Assembly: GCA_050309605.1 (NCBI GenBank)
Contig: JBNRMN010000066.1
Location: 1 to 45,341, forward strand
Length of the DNA: 45,341 nucleotides
Direction of reading: 5' to 3'
DNA from: Anaerohalosphaeraceae bacterium
Lineage (GTDB): Bacteria; Planctomycetota; Phycisphaerae; Sedimentisphaerales; Anaerohalosphaeraceae
In this document: in pieces, positions 37,128 to 45,341 of the stretch
Numbering within the stretch: position 1 is the first letter of the stretch
Layout: each line of letters begins with the position of its first letter
Translations under genes and position numbers: made by a program
Notes under the pieces: generated by a model
The model's input: the letters and a program-made list of their open reading frames with translations, nothing else
Databases searched by the model: none
What the model was told of the DNA's origin: nothing

Positions 37128-37952
37128 TTGACAAGCGAACGACACAGACCACACGTCGAGGAACGTGAGCATCAAAAGGCGCGATCTCAGTTTCAGTCCC
37201 TGCTGACGGATTGCCGGATCGACACGCCGCAGGGCCTGCGGCTGCTTGAGTTGGGGTTCAAGCGGGGCGATTTTTTGCGAATCTGCCGGGATGCGGGGAT
37301 GGATGCGGTGGGCCTTGAGGTTGAGCCGGGCTATTACCAGCGACTGAAGCGCGAATGTCCGGATTTGAATTTGATTTTGTATGACGGTCGGGCCGTGCCG
37401 CTGCCGGATGCGTCATTTGATCTGGTCGCGTCGTTTCAGGTGCTCGAACATGTCGGCTCGCTTGAAACAACGCTGGCCGAGTGCATTCGTCTGCTCAAAC
37501 CCGGCGGCCTGATGTATCACGTCCTGCCCAATTATCACTCGTTTTATGAGGGCCACTACCATCTGTTCTGGTGGCCGTTTCTCAATCGCGCCGGCGGACG
37601 GCGGTATCTCAAACTGCTGCGCAAGTACACACCCTATTACGAAACGCTCAATCTCGTCAAGCCCAGGACATTGCGAAGTATTTTGCTCCGACGTCAAGAC
37701 GCCATTGAGGTGCTCTCGCTGGGGCAAGACGAATTCAAGAAGCGTTTTACGCCCGACCAGATCGCCAAGGTCAACCACCCACTGCTTCGCGGCGTCCTGA
37801 ACGGTATCTATCGGTGCGGTTTTCTTAAAGGAACGTTGACAGGGCTGATCAGTGGATGTGAATTCTATTACCCGATTACATTGATTGTCCGTAAAAAGGA
37901 AGCCGACACCGAGCCGGACCACACAGAGTGCCGCGGGGGACGCTCCAACTGA
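37128..37952 (+). CDS. Class I SAM-dependent methyltransferase
   Basis: LLELGFKRGD motif-I variant, LPDASFDLV, FQVLEHV and RLLKPGG. TTG start with a GGAG RBS. Confidence 0.85.
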   Translation: MTSERHRPHVEEREHQKARSQFQSLLTDCRIDTPQGLRLLELGFKRGDFLRICRDAGMDAVGLEVEPGYYQRLKRECPDLNLILYDGRAVPLPDASFDLVASFQVLEHVGSLETTLAECIRLLKPGGLMYHVLPNYHSFYEGHYHLFWWPFLNRAGGRRYLKLLRKYTPYYETLNLVKPRTLRSILLRRQDAIEVLSLGQDEFKKRFTPDQIAKVNHPLLRGVLNGIYRCGFLKGTLTGLISGCEFYYPITLIVRKKEADTEPDHTECRGGRSN

Positions 37953-37967
37953 AAACGTGAAAAAGGG

Positions 37968-37996
37968 TTGCAGATTGGCAACCGAACAGGTTTAAT
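37968..37996 (+). promoter_or_regulatory. Sigma70-like promoter giving a probably leaderless gpsA mRNA
   Basis: TTGCAG-17 nt-TTTAAT with ATG 7 nt downstream and no SD sequence. Confidence 0.45.
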
Positions 37997-38003
37997 ATCG
38001 ACT

Positions 38004-39002
38004 ATGTTTAAGACGGTAACCATCATCGGAGACGGCGGCATGGGCAGCGTTTGTGCAATGCTGCTGTGTGAGAACCATGTGCGTACAACGCTGTGGGGAC
38101 ATGAGGCGGCTTATGTGGCCGAGATGACCCGCACACGTGAGAATATCCGGTTTTTGCCGGGATACCCGCTGCCGGACCGTGTGCGGCTCGAGGCCGACGA
38201 CGCCCGGGCGTTTGACGACGCCGAGCTGGTCGTCTCGGCAGTGCCGTGTCAGTTTTTGCACAAGACCTGGCAGCGGCTGGCCGAGTACATCCCGTCCGGC
38301 GTGCCGGTCGTCAGCGTGACCAAAGGCATTGAGATCGGGTCGCTGCGACGTCCGACGGAGATTTTGCGTCGGGTACTGGGGGCGGATCGACGGTATGCCG
38401 TCCTGAGCGGGCCGACGATTGCCGATGAGCTGGCCCAGCGGCTGCCGGCCACGGCGACGGTGGCGTGTGAGGATATCGAGCTGGCCTGTGCGATTCAGCA
38501 GACCTTCAATACCGCGATGTTTCGCGTCTATACTCACGACGATTGTGTGGGCGTGGAACTGGCCGGGGCGATGAAGAACGTGATTGCGATTGCCGCCGGA
38601 GCGATTGACGGCATCGGCGCCGGCGACAACGCCAAAGCGGCGCTGCTGTGTCGCGGGTTGGCCGAGATCCAGCGACTGGGCGTGGCAATGGGAGCGCGGG
38701 AAAAGACCTTCACGGGACTGAGCGGTCTGGGCGATCTGGTCACCACCTGCATTTCGCCGATGGGACGCAACCGTTCCTTCGGCGAGCGGCTCGGCAGGGG
38801 AATGACCGCCGATGACGCACTGGCAGCCACCCAAAGCGTCGTTGAGGGCGTTCCGACATGCAAGGCGGTGCTGGAACTGGCGCAACGACATCACGTCGAG
38901 ATGCCCATCACCGAGGCCATCGATGCGGTCATCAGCGGCACGAAAGATATTCGCAGCGCCATCGCCGATCTGATGGGGCGGGAGCTGAAGGGCGAGTTTT
39001 GA
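38004..39002 (+). CDS. gpsA: NAD(P)H-dependent glycerol-3-phosphate dehydrogenase
   Basis: IGDGGMG, TKGIE, LSGPTIA, GAMKNVIAIA, GDNAKAAL, GLGDLVTTC…GRN and EMPITE motifs. Confidence 0.96.
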   Translation: MFKTVTIIGDGGMGSVCAMLLCENHVRTTLWGHEAAYVAEMTRTRENIRFLPGYPLPDRVRLEADDARAFDDAELVVSAVPCQFLHKTWQRLAEYIPSGVPVVSVTKGIEIGSLRRPTEILRRVLGADRRYAVLSGPTIADELAQRLPATATVACEDIELACAIQQTFNTAMFRVYTHDDCVGVELAGAMKNVIAIAAGAIDGIGAGDNAKAALLCRGLAEIQRLGVAMGAREKTFTGLSGLGDLVTTCISPMGRNRSFGERLGRGMTADDALAATQSVVEGVPTCKAVLELAQRHHVEMPITEAIDAVISGTKDIRSAIADLMGRELKGEF

Positions 39003-39052
39003 CTTTACGATGGTTATCGCATCCGCCGTTACAAAAGCATCTCTTTGGGCGG

Positions 39053-39901
39053 CTATGACGCCATCGTCTTTAACCTTTGTTCGTAGCGCTCCATAAGCCG
39101 TCGGGTTGTTTGGCCGGGTGTGCCGTCGGCGACGGTGTGGGCCTCGACGGCGGTTACGGGCAACACCTGCATAATGACATTGGTCAGAAAGACTTCCTCC
39201 GCTGCCAGCAGGTCATCGATGCGCAGGGAGGTTTCGGCCACAGCGACGTTGTCTTCGGCGGCGATGTCCAGCACGGTCTTTCGGGCAATACCGTTCAGCA
39301 CGGGCGTCTCCAGCGGCGGGGTACACAGCGTATTTTCGCGCACCAGAAACACATTGCTGACACATCCTTCGGCCAGGGCGTTCTCGGTGGTGAACCACAG
39401 CGCCTCGGCGGCCAGTTTCTGGTGGGCATCGCGCAGGGCCGTCAGCCGCGGGCCGTAGCAGGTGGTCTTGTGTCCGGCAAAGGGATCTTTCGGGTTTTGG
39501 CGATAATCGGTCAAAATGACCCGCACGCCCTTGTCGTAATACGCCTTCGGATACGGCGTCAACGGGGCGGCGGTGATCAGCAGGGTCGAGGCCGCGGCGC
39601 CGTCGGATTGGATCGGGCCGTTGGACAGCGACAGACGCAGCCGTGCGTCGGACAGTTCGTTGGCCTGCAACAATCCGTCAACTGCGGCGGCGATGTCTTC
39701 GTCAGTGTATCGATTGCAGATGGCCAGCGCCTTGGCTGAGGCGTTGAGCCGGGCCAGATGATCGGCCAACCGAAAGACGCGCCCGCCGACGGCCCGCATT
39801 GTTTCAAACAGGCCGATGCCGTACAGAAAACTGCTGTCGGTGATTGGAATCTGCGCGGCCTGAGCGTCGATGATTTCGCCGTTGAGAAAGACTTTTTCCA
39901 T
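39053..39901 (-). CDS. PLP-dependent fold-type IV aminotransferase-like enzyme (IlvE/Dat/PabC family)
   Basis: YGIGLFETMR, HLARL, HKTTCY (PLP Lys), EGCVSNVF, LNGIAR and EVFLTN motifs. Confidence 0.92.
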   Translation of the reverse strand: MEKVFLNGEIIDAQAAQIPITDSSFLYGIGLFETMRAVGGRVFRLADHLARLNASAKALAICNRYTDEDIAAAVDGLLQANELSDARLRLSLSNGPIQSDGAAASTLLITAAPLTPYPKAYYDKGVRVILTDYRQNPKDPFAGHKTTCYGPRLTALRDAHQKLAAEALWFTTENALAEGCVSNVFLVRENTLCTPPLETPVLNGIARKTVLDIAAEDNVAVAETSLRIDDLLAAEEVFLTNVIMQVLPVTAVEAHTVADGTPGQTTRRLMERYEQRLKTMAS

Positions 39902-39969
39902 TGTATTATCCGCCGTTCTATCGGGTCTGTTTGTGTGCTGATGCAAGCGTCAATGAGCGGTCAGTTCCG

Positions 39970-40665
39970 CTAAGCGTGCATGGCCGAGAGCAGACTGTTC
40001 ATTCCTGCAGGCGTCAAATTTCTTTTATGGCGGTACTTGGCCACGACGCTTGCGGCCAGCGGCCCGGCGGTGGCCGGACAAATCAGCTCCAGCCCGTCGC
40101 CCGACAGCCAGCTTCCGCGCATCAGCGTAAAGGAAATCATAAAAAAGGTCATTCGCCGCATATCGCCGCCTTCCAGGTCGGAGATATCAAACGGCAGCAC
40201 GTCTTTGACAGAATCGACGGCGGACGGGCCGTACAGACCGAGCATGGCGGTCTTATCGGTTACATCGCTAACGGAGATATTATGTCCGGTGCTTTGGGCA
40301 TAGCACCCCAGCGCCTCGGCGGCCCCCTCGGCGGTTCCGGGCGGAGTAAATACAAAGACCTCGCCATTGAGCCGACCCAGCCGACAGGGCAGGTTGATCC
40401 CCGTTTGGCTCAGTGTGGCCCATTTCCACCGCTGGTCAAAGAGTTTGCCTTTTTCGAGCAACCTGTTTGCGCAAGTTGCGGCATCGGGGCCGCTCAGCGA
40501 CAATCGGCCGAAACTGCTCAAATCCACCACCGCGCAATGCGACCGCAGCGCGTTGGTCTCGATTGAAGCATCGCCGAAATCCGCCGGCAGCGTCCAGCCG
40601 TCAAACTCGTCAAACCGCGCCCCAAGCTGCTTATGCACCGTATTGAACGGGCTTATTTTTGCCAT
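39970..40665 (-). CDS. GcvT/aminomethyltransferase folate-binding N-terminal domain protein (no C-terminal barrel)
   Basis: HKQLGARF…GWTLPADFG…E…AVVDLSSFGRL.LSGPDA, DVTDKTAMLGLYGP and GLELI. Ends at about the position of the 'LR.EAG' motif. Confidence 0.8.
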   Translation of the reverse strand: MAKISPFNTVHKQLGARFDEFDGWTLPADFGDASIETNALRSHCAVVDLSSFGRLSLSGPDAATCANRLLEKGKLFDQRWKWATLSQTGINLPCRLGRLNGEVFVFTPPGTAEGAAEALGCYAQSTGHNISVSDVTDKTAMLGLYGPSAVDSVKDVLPFDISDLEGGDMRRMTFFMISFTLMRGSWLSGDGLELICPATAGPLAASVVAKYRHKRNLTPAGMNSLLSAMHA

Positions 40666-41053
40666 ACAAACCTTTTACGTCCTGTAACACCAAAATGATT
40701 CTGCAAAACAGACTCATAATTATACCATAAGCTCGTGCATAGGACAAGTTCTGTATGTGGACTATAGGACAATCGGATGAAAAATGGTCGATCTGTATTG
40801 TCTTGAATAAATACCAATACAAACAAGGGTTTGTCATGTTTTCTGTGGATCCATACGCCTGATTCATCATCGTGGCAGGGCAGGTCAAAAATCGTGAGGT
40901 GACTCTGTCATTTTCAGCAGAAAAGTGCAAAAAAACAGATCATCGTTTATAGCGAACGCGGCCAATTCAGACGATAATACAATAGACCCCTGTAATCGTG
41001 TTTTTTGTCGGGGTGCGGGACGGTATTGATAATTCTATGCGAAAGATGAGGTT

Positions 41054-42820
41054 ATGGCAAAATTGGATCCGCTGACGATGAAGGACTGGCAGATTGCCGA
41101 AGCGGCCGAGGAGAACATCAAGCCGCTGTATCAGTTGGCTCGCGATTTGGGGCTGGCCTATGGCGAGCTGCTGCCGATGGGCGAGAAACTGGCCAAACTG
41201 GACTATGCTAAAATTATGGATCGGCTGCGCTACGCTCCGACCGGACGTTATATCGACGTAACGGCCATTACGCCGACCCCGCTGGGTGAGGGCAAAACAA
41301 CCACCACCATTGGGCTGGTGCAGGGTCTTGGGCTGCTCGGCAAGCGGGTCGTCGGCTGCATTCGCCAGGCCAGCGGCGGGCCGACCTTCAACATCAAAGG
41401 CTCCGCCGCCGGCGGCGGACTGAGCCAGTGTATCCCGATGGTGCCGTTCTCGATCCGACTGACCGGGGATATCGAATGTGTGACCAACGCCCATAATCTG
41501 GCGATGGTCGCCCTGACGGCGCGGATGCAGCACGAGCACAATTACGACGACGCCCGCTTGGCACGCATCGGCTTGAAACGGCTCAACATCGACCCCGAAA
41601 ACGTTCAAATCAAATGGGCGATTGACTTTTGCGCCCAGGCACTTCGCAATATCACCATCGGCAAAGGCGGCAAGATGGACGGCTTGGAAATGGATTCCGG
41701 CGCCCAGATTTCCGTCTCCAGCGAAGTAATGGCGATCCTGGCGGTGTCCACCAGTCTGGCCGATCTGCGTCGGCGAATGGCCAAAATCGTCGTGGCTTAC
41801 GATAAAAACGGCAAGCCGGTGACCACTGCCGATCTGGAAGTCGATGGCGCCATGACAGCCTGGATGATCGATGCGATCAACCCCAACCTCGTACAAACCA
41901 TCGAAGGCCAGCCGATCCTTGTTCATGCCGGCCCGTTTGCCAACATCGCCATCGGGCAAAGCAGTATCATCGCCGACCTGGTCGCGACCAAATTATCGGA
42001 CTTTGTGGTTACCGAAAGCGGATTTGGCGCCGATATCGGGTACGAAAAATTCTGGAATCTCAAATGCCGGATGTCGGGGCTAAAGCCCCATGCGGTGGTC
42101 ATTGTGGCCACGGTGCGTGCACTCAAGATGCACGGCGGCGGCCCGGCCGTCAAACCCGGTGCGCCGCTGCCGGAAGCGTACCGAACGGAGAACCTTGAGC
42201 TGCTGGAAAAAGGCTGCGAAAATCTCATCGCTCATATCGACATCGTACGCAAGTCCGGCGTCCGTCCTGTTGTCTGCGTCAACGCCTTCCACACCGATAC
42301 GCCCGCCGAGCTGGCGCTGGTGCGTCGGGTTGCCGAGCAATACGGGGCCGAAGCGGCGGTCTCGCAGCATTGGCTCAAGGGCGGCCAGGGGGCGATTGAA
42401 CTGGCCGAGAAGGTCGCCGCCATTGCCCAGGAAGAGCGCGACTTTCACTATTTGTATGATCTGGAGATGCCGCTGAAAGAACGCATCGAGCTGATTGCCA
42501 CCGAAATCTACGGCGCCAAAGGCGTCTGTTATAGTGATAAAGCCCTGACCAAAATTCGCAATATTGATGCGGATCCGGCCTTGCGCGGGTTGGGTACCTG
42601 TATGGTCAAGACCCATCTGAGCCTGTCGCACGATCCGGAGCTGAAAGGACGTCCTGTCGGCTGGGAACTGCCCATCCGCGATGTGATGGTCTATGAGGGC
42701 GCCGGTTATGTCGTGCCCATCGCCGGCGATATCAAGCTGATGCCCGGCACCGGATCCAATCCGGCCTACCGCCGGATTGATGTCGATGTCAAAACCGGTA
42801 AAGTACAGGGATTATTCTAA
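41054..42820 (+). CDS. fhs: Formate--tetrahydrofolate ligase
   Basis: [58 protein letters not shown] and KTHLSLS motifs. Confidence 0.97.
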   Translation: MAKLDPLTMKDWQIAEAAEENIKPLYQLARDLGLAYGELLPMGEKLAKLDYAKIMDRLRYAPTGRYIDVTAITPTPLGEGKTTTTIGLVQGLGLLGKRVVGCIRQASGGPTFNIKGSAAGGGLSQCIPMVPFSIRLTGDIECVTNAHNLAMVALTARMQHEHNYDDARLARIGLKRLNIDPENVQIKWAIDFCAQALRNITIGKGGKMDGLEMDSGAQISVSSEVMAILAVSTSLADLRRRMAKIVVAYDKNGKPVTTADLEVDGAMTAWMIDAINPNLVQTIEGQPILVHAGPFANIAIGQSSIIADLVATKLSDFVVTESGFGADIGYEKFWNLKCRMSGLKPHAVVIVATVRALKMHGGGPAVKPGAPLPEAYRTENLELLEKGCENLIAHIDIVRKSGVRPVVCVNAFHTDTPAELALVRRVAEQYGAEAAVSQHWLKGGQGAIELAEKVAAIAQEERDFHYLYDLEMPLKERIELIATEIYGAKGVCYSDKALTKIRNIDADPALRGLGTCMVKTHLSLSHDPELKGRPVGWELPIRDVMVYEGAGYVVPIAGDIKLMPGTGSNPAYRRIDVDVKTGKVQGLF

Positions 42821-42882
42821 ACCGGCTCACGGTGATTGGCGGCAGCGCATCAACCGGTTTGCCGTTGCGTGTGAGGGCAGTT

Positions 42883-43539
42883 TTATTCCACATTGGTGCG
42901 CGGCCAGTCCTCCAGCGGGCAGCCTGAACAGAGGGGTCGGGGTTTGCAGTAGGTTTTGCCCAGACGCACCAACAGGGCGTGAAATTCGTTATAAAGCTGC
43001 ACATCGCGCGGCAGATGGGATTCAAAAAACTCGCGGATTTCTTCATAGCCGGCTTGCGGCCAGATCATCCCATGCCGTCCAAGAATTCGTGCGGTATAGG
43101 CATCGACCACAAAGACGGGTTTTTCGAACGCATACAGACAGATGGAATCGGCGGTTTCGGGCCCAATACCTTTGACGGCCAGCAATTCGTCCCGCAAACC
43201 GTGGGTGGACAGCGCAGCTGCGCTGTCCACATCCCCGTCGAAGCGGTCAAACAGCCATTCAAGAAAATGACGCAAACGCCCGGCCTTGACATTAAAGTAC
43301 CCGGCCGGTCGAATCAGTTCCGCCAGACGCTGCGGCTCCAGCGCAACGAGTTGTTTCGGAGTCAGGACGCCGGCGTTTCTGAGGTTGGCGATAGCTTTTT
43401 CAACATTGGTCCAGTTGGTGTTCTGCGTGAGAATCGCACCGACGATGATCTCAAATCGCCCGTGCCCCGGCCACCAGCCCTGCGGCCCGAAACGCGCATA
43501 CAATCGGTCATATAACTGCGTTACCGTCGGTGTGCTCAT
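42883..43539 (-). CDS. HhH-GPD (endonuclease III-related) DNA glycosylase
   Basis: WWP…FEIIVGAILTQNTNW, IRPAGYFNVKA, KGIGPETADSI, FVVDAYTARI and EFHALLV motifs. Confidence 0.92.
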   Translation of the reverse strand: MSTPTVTQLYDRLYARFGPQGWWPGHGRFEIIVGAILTQNTNWTNVEKAIANLRNAGVLTPKQLVALEPQRLAELIRPAGYFNVKAGRLRHFLEWLFDRFDGDVDSAAALSTHGLRDELLAVKGIGPETADSICLYAFEKPVFVVDAYTARILGRHGMIWPQAGYEEIREFFESHLPRDVQLYNEFHALLVRLGKTYCKPRPLCSGCPLEDWPRTNVE

Positions 43540-43554
43540 CGTCGAATCAGTCGG

Positions 43555-44223
43555 TCAATCGGTTGACTTCTCTGCGCGTTCCTGTTGATAGGCAGCCCAG
43601 AGCGCATCCAGATCCAGCCCTGTTTCCGATTCGAACAGTTCATCGCTGTAGTTTTTGTTGCGCAGTGCGGTGTTGAGCTTGTTGACAATTCCCGGCGCCC
43701 GGTCGGACTCCAGCCACAGCAAAAAACCCGCCGTGACCTGATACCCCTGTCGATACCCATCCGGCCGATTCGGCAGGGCAAACCACGACAGCGGCTTGGC
43801 TTCATAAATCGCCCAGCGCAGATAATCGGCGATGCCTTCGACCAGCCAGCCCTGCCGCGTCGGGCCGTAATTCTGGATCACGTGCACCAACTCATGAAAG
43901 ACCAGGCCGATATCTTCGGGGCGTTTTTCGATCCAGCCCGAAGAGACACGGATATGGGCACCGGCCGTATCGGCAATGCCACGATCCGATTTTCGCAGGG
44001 TAATTTTGACCTCTGTCGGCGGCTCAAAGCCCTTGGTCGGTATCAGATTAACGATTCGCGGATACCATTCTTCGACAAGGGCTTTGGCCTGTTCGCCCCA
44101 TTCCCGAAGCTCCGGCACCGCGGAGGTATCCAGTTCGACTGTGACTGTTTTCGATTCCCCGCAGGCCCAGCAGCCGGCCAGCAAGACGGTCCCGACCGCA
44201 CATAATCGGTGTACTGAATTCAT
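43555..44223 (-). CDS. Basic secretory protein (BSP) family zincin-like peptidase, exported
   Basis: HELVHVIQ.Y…WLVEGIADYLRW…Y..GY..TAGFL.WL. N-terminal signal with a possible lipobox (LAGC). Confidence 0.85.
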   Translation of the reverse strand: MNSVHRLCAVGTVLLAGCWACGESKTVTVELDTSAVPELREWGEQAKALVEEWYPRIVNLIPTKGFEPPTEVKITLRKSDRGIADTAGAHIRVSSGWIEKRPEDIGLVFHELVHVIQNYGPTRQGWLVEGIADYLRWAIYEAKPLSWFALPNRPDGYRQGYQVTAGFLLWLESDRAPGIVNKLNTALRNKNYSDELFESETGLDLDALWAAYQQERAEKSTD

Positions 44224-44268
44224 TGTCTGCCTCCATTATCCAATCGGTATTTTCAGCGTAATGGGGGC

Positions 44269-44297
44269 ATTGTAGGCGGTCGGATATCGAAAGGCAA
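44269..44297 (-). promoter_or_regulatory. Sigma70-like promoter of the BSP gene
   Basis: TTGCCT-17 nt-TACAAT on the minus strand. Confidence 0.55.
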
Positions 44298-44454
44298 CGG
44301 TTTTTCACGTACCGGCGGGTATGAAGCGGAAGAGCTGCTCGCGTGTAACGGATAGACGGGCCATTTGTTTCGGCCATTCGGGCCGAATCACGATGGATGC
44401 GGCTTGCAGTGCGCCGTCGTTAAAGAATCAGGCTTTGGACGGCCAAAAGGCGAT

Positions 44455-44781
44455 TCAATAGGCCCGTTCGCTGTCGTCGCTGTCTTGGCGATAAGCGTTC
44501 AATTGGGCATAGACTTGATCGGCGGTCTGGATTTGCGCCATCAGGTGTTCGGCTTCATCGTGGCGCCGGGGCGAGTCCAGGCAAGGCTCCAGCACCTTGC
44601 GGGCATACGCATAACGCCCCTCGACCAGCGACCGACGGGCCGTTTCCAGACGTGCCTGATCCATCGTCTCTTCAAACCGCATCTGCGCGCCTTGTTTTCG
44701 GCTTGCGCTCATATCGCAGCCTGCCATCGTCAACAGCACTGCGGCCACTATTGCAAACAGTGTGGTTGTTGTTGTTTTCAT
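44455..44781 (-). CDS. Small helical lipoprotein, hypothetical
   Basis: ATG 44781 with a GGAGG RBS, lipobox MAGC and amphipathic TPR-like helices. Confidence 0.75.
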   Translation of the reverse strand: MKTTTTTLFAIVAAVLLTMAGCDMSASRKQGAQMRFEETMDQARLETARRSLVEGRYAYARKVLEPCLDSPRRHDEAEHLMAQIQTADQVYAQLNAYRQDSDDSERAY

Positions 44782-45341
44782 GACTTTTCCCTCCGGAATC
44801 TGTCTGTTTTCGTTTCCAAAACAGCCTTGTCCGAGTGATGCCTGATAAGGCCACACTTAAAAAGATACGATATAACTTGTCAGGATGTGAAACGTTTTTT
44901 TCACGGCCTGCGACTTTCCCTTAATTAATGGCTACCGGTATTTTCGGTCTGTGTTCAACGGTTTCTTTGAGGTTTTTCAGGAAAAAACAGGCAAAAATGA
45001 TAAACCTTTTTGTTTGATTTTAGAGGCGTTTGCCGCCCCTTGCAGCGATACTGATAAGGGGGTTTTTATGAGGCATAAAGCTGTCCGTCCCGGATTCGAA
45101 ACCGTCATCTGCATGTCGCCTCCTCATATCCATTATTATTGCCATTTAGCGGCCAAAATACGCTCTTTTAGTAAACGTCGCCAGACAGTGATTTATTGCC
45201 GTAAAATTTATTTTATGGCTCTTCTCCAATAAAGTTGGTTGAAAATGCTCTTTGAAAACTATAAGTATTTTGGATTTAACGCTTTAAGACACCAGCATGG
45301 TAGATTATAATACCTCTGCCATAGGGGAGGATAGGGCAACG

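Noticed and set aside
44886..44905. tgtgaaacgtttttttcacg as a parS, Rex or CRP site
   Set aside because: Spacing and sequence fit none of these consensus motifs. At most it is a weak LacI-type palindrome.
44951..45232. 93-aa ORF near the window end (also 296-505 and 40631-40930)
   Set aside because: They lie in AT-rich intergenic promoter regions with non-ATG or weak starts and no motif support.

Overview
Mostly core-genome window of a GC-rich bacterium. The gene content (secreted proteins with C-terminal dockerin-like 'D..DL..L...WL' repeats, a dcw fragment ending at an ftsQ-like gene without ftsA/ftsZ, and a conserved hypothetical protein I associate with planctomycetes) suggests Planctomycetota, probably Phycisphaerae/Sedimentisphaerales. 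That placement is inference, not a database result. In order, the window holds: a REP-like palindrome cluster; two convergent secreted dockerin-like proteins; murC-murB-ddl-ftsQ; a second REP/REPIN cluster; a long minus-strand run (guaA, LpxR-like, a PgpA-UppP fusion, two hypotheticals, purA, uppS, cdsA, phoH, 7TM-HD, ybeY, CorC/hemolysin, recO, two YkgJ-like proteins); a PilZ protein; an M42 peptidase; pncB-pncA behind a perfect Rex/CRP-like palindrome; parB with two perfect parS sites and no adjacent parA; an active DegP-like protease next to a catalytically degenerate paralog; a cupin; tRNA-Leu(TAG); xseAB; a GAF-PP2C phosphatase; a NusG paralog; manA; a methyltransferase; gpsA; a class IV aminotransferase; a GcvT N-terminal-domain-only protein; fhs; an HhH-GPD glycosylase; a BSP-family peptidase; and a lipoprotein. 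I found no CRISPR array, transposase, integrase or prophage. No clearly new multi-gene system is demonstrable from sequence alone. The best candidates are the PgpA-UppP fusion, the Deg/pseudo-Deg pair, the truncated-GcvT/aminotransferase/fhs folate cluster, and several families of orphan palindromic or periodic intergenic elements.
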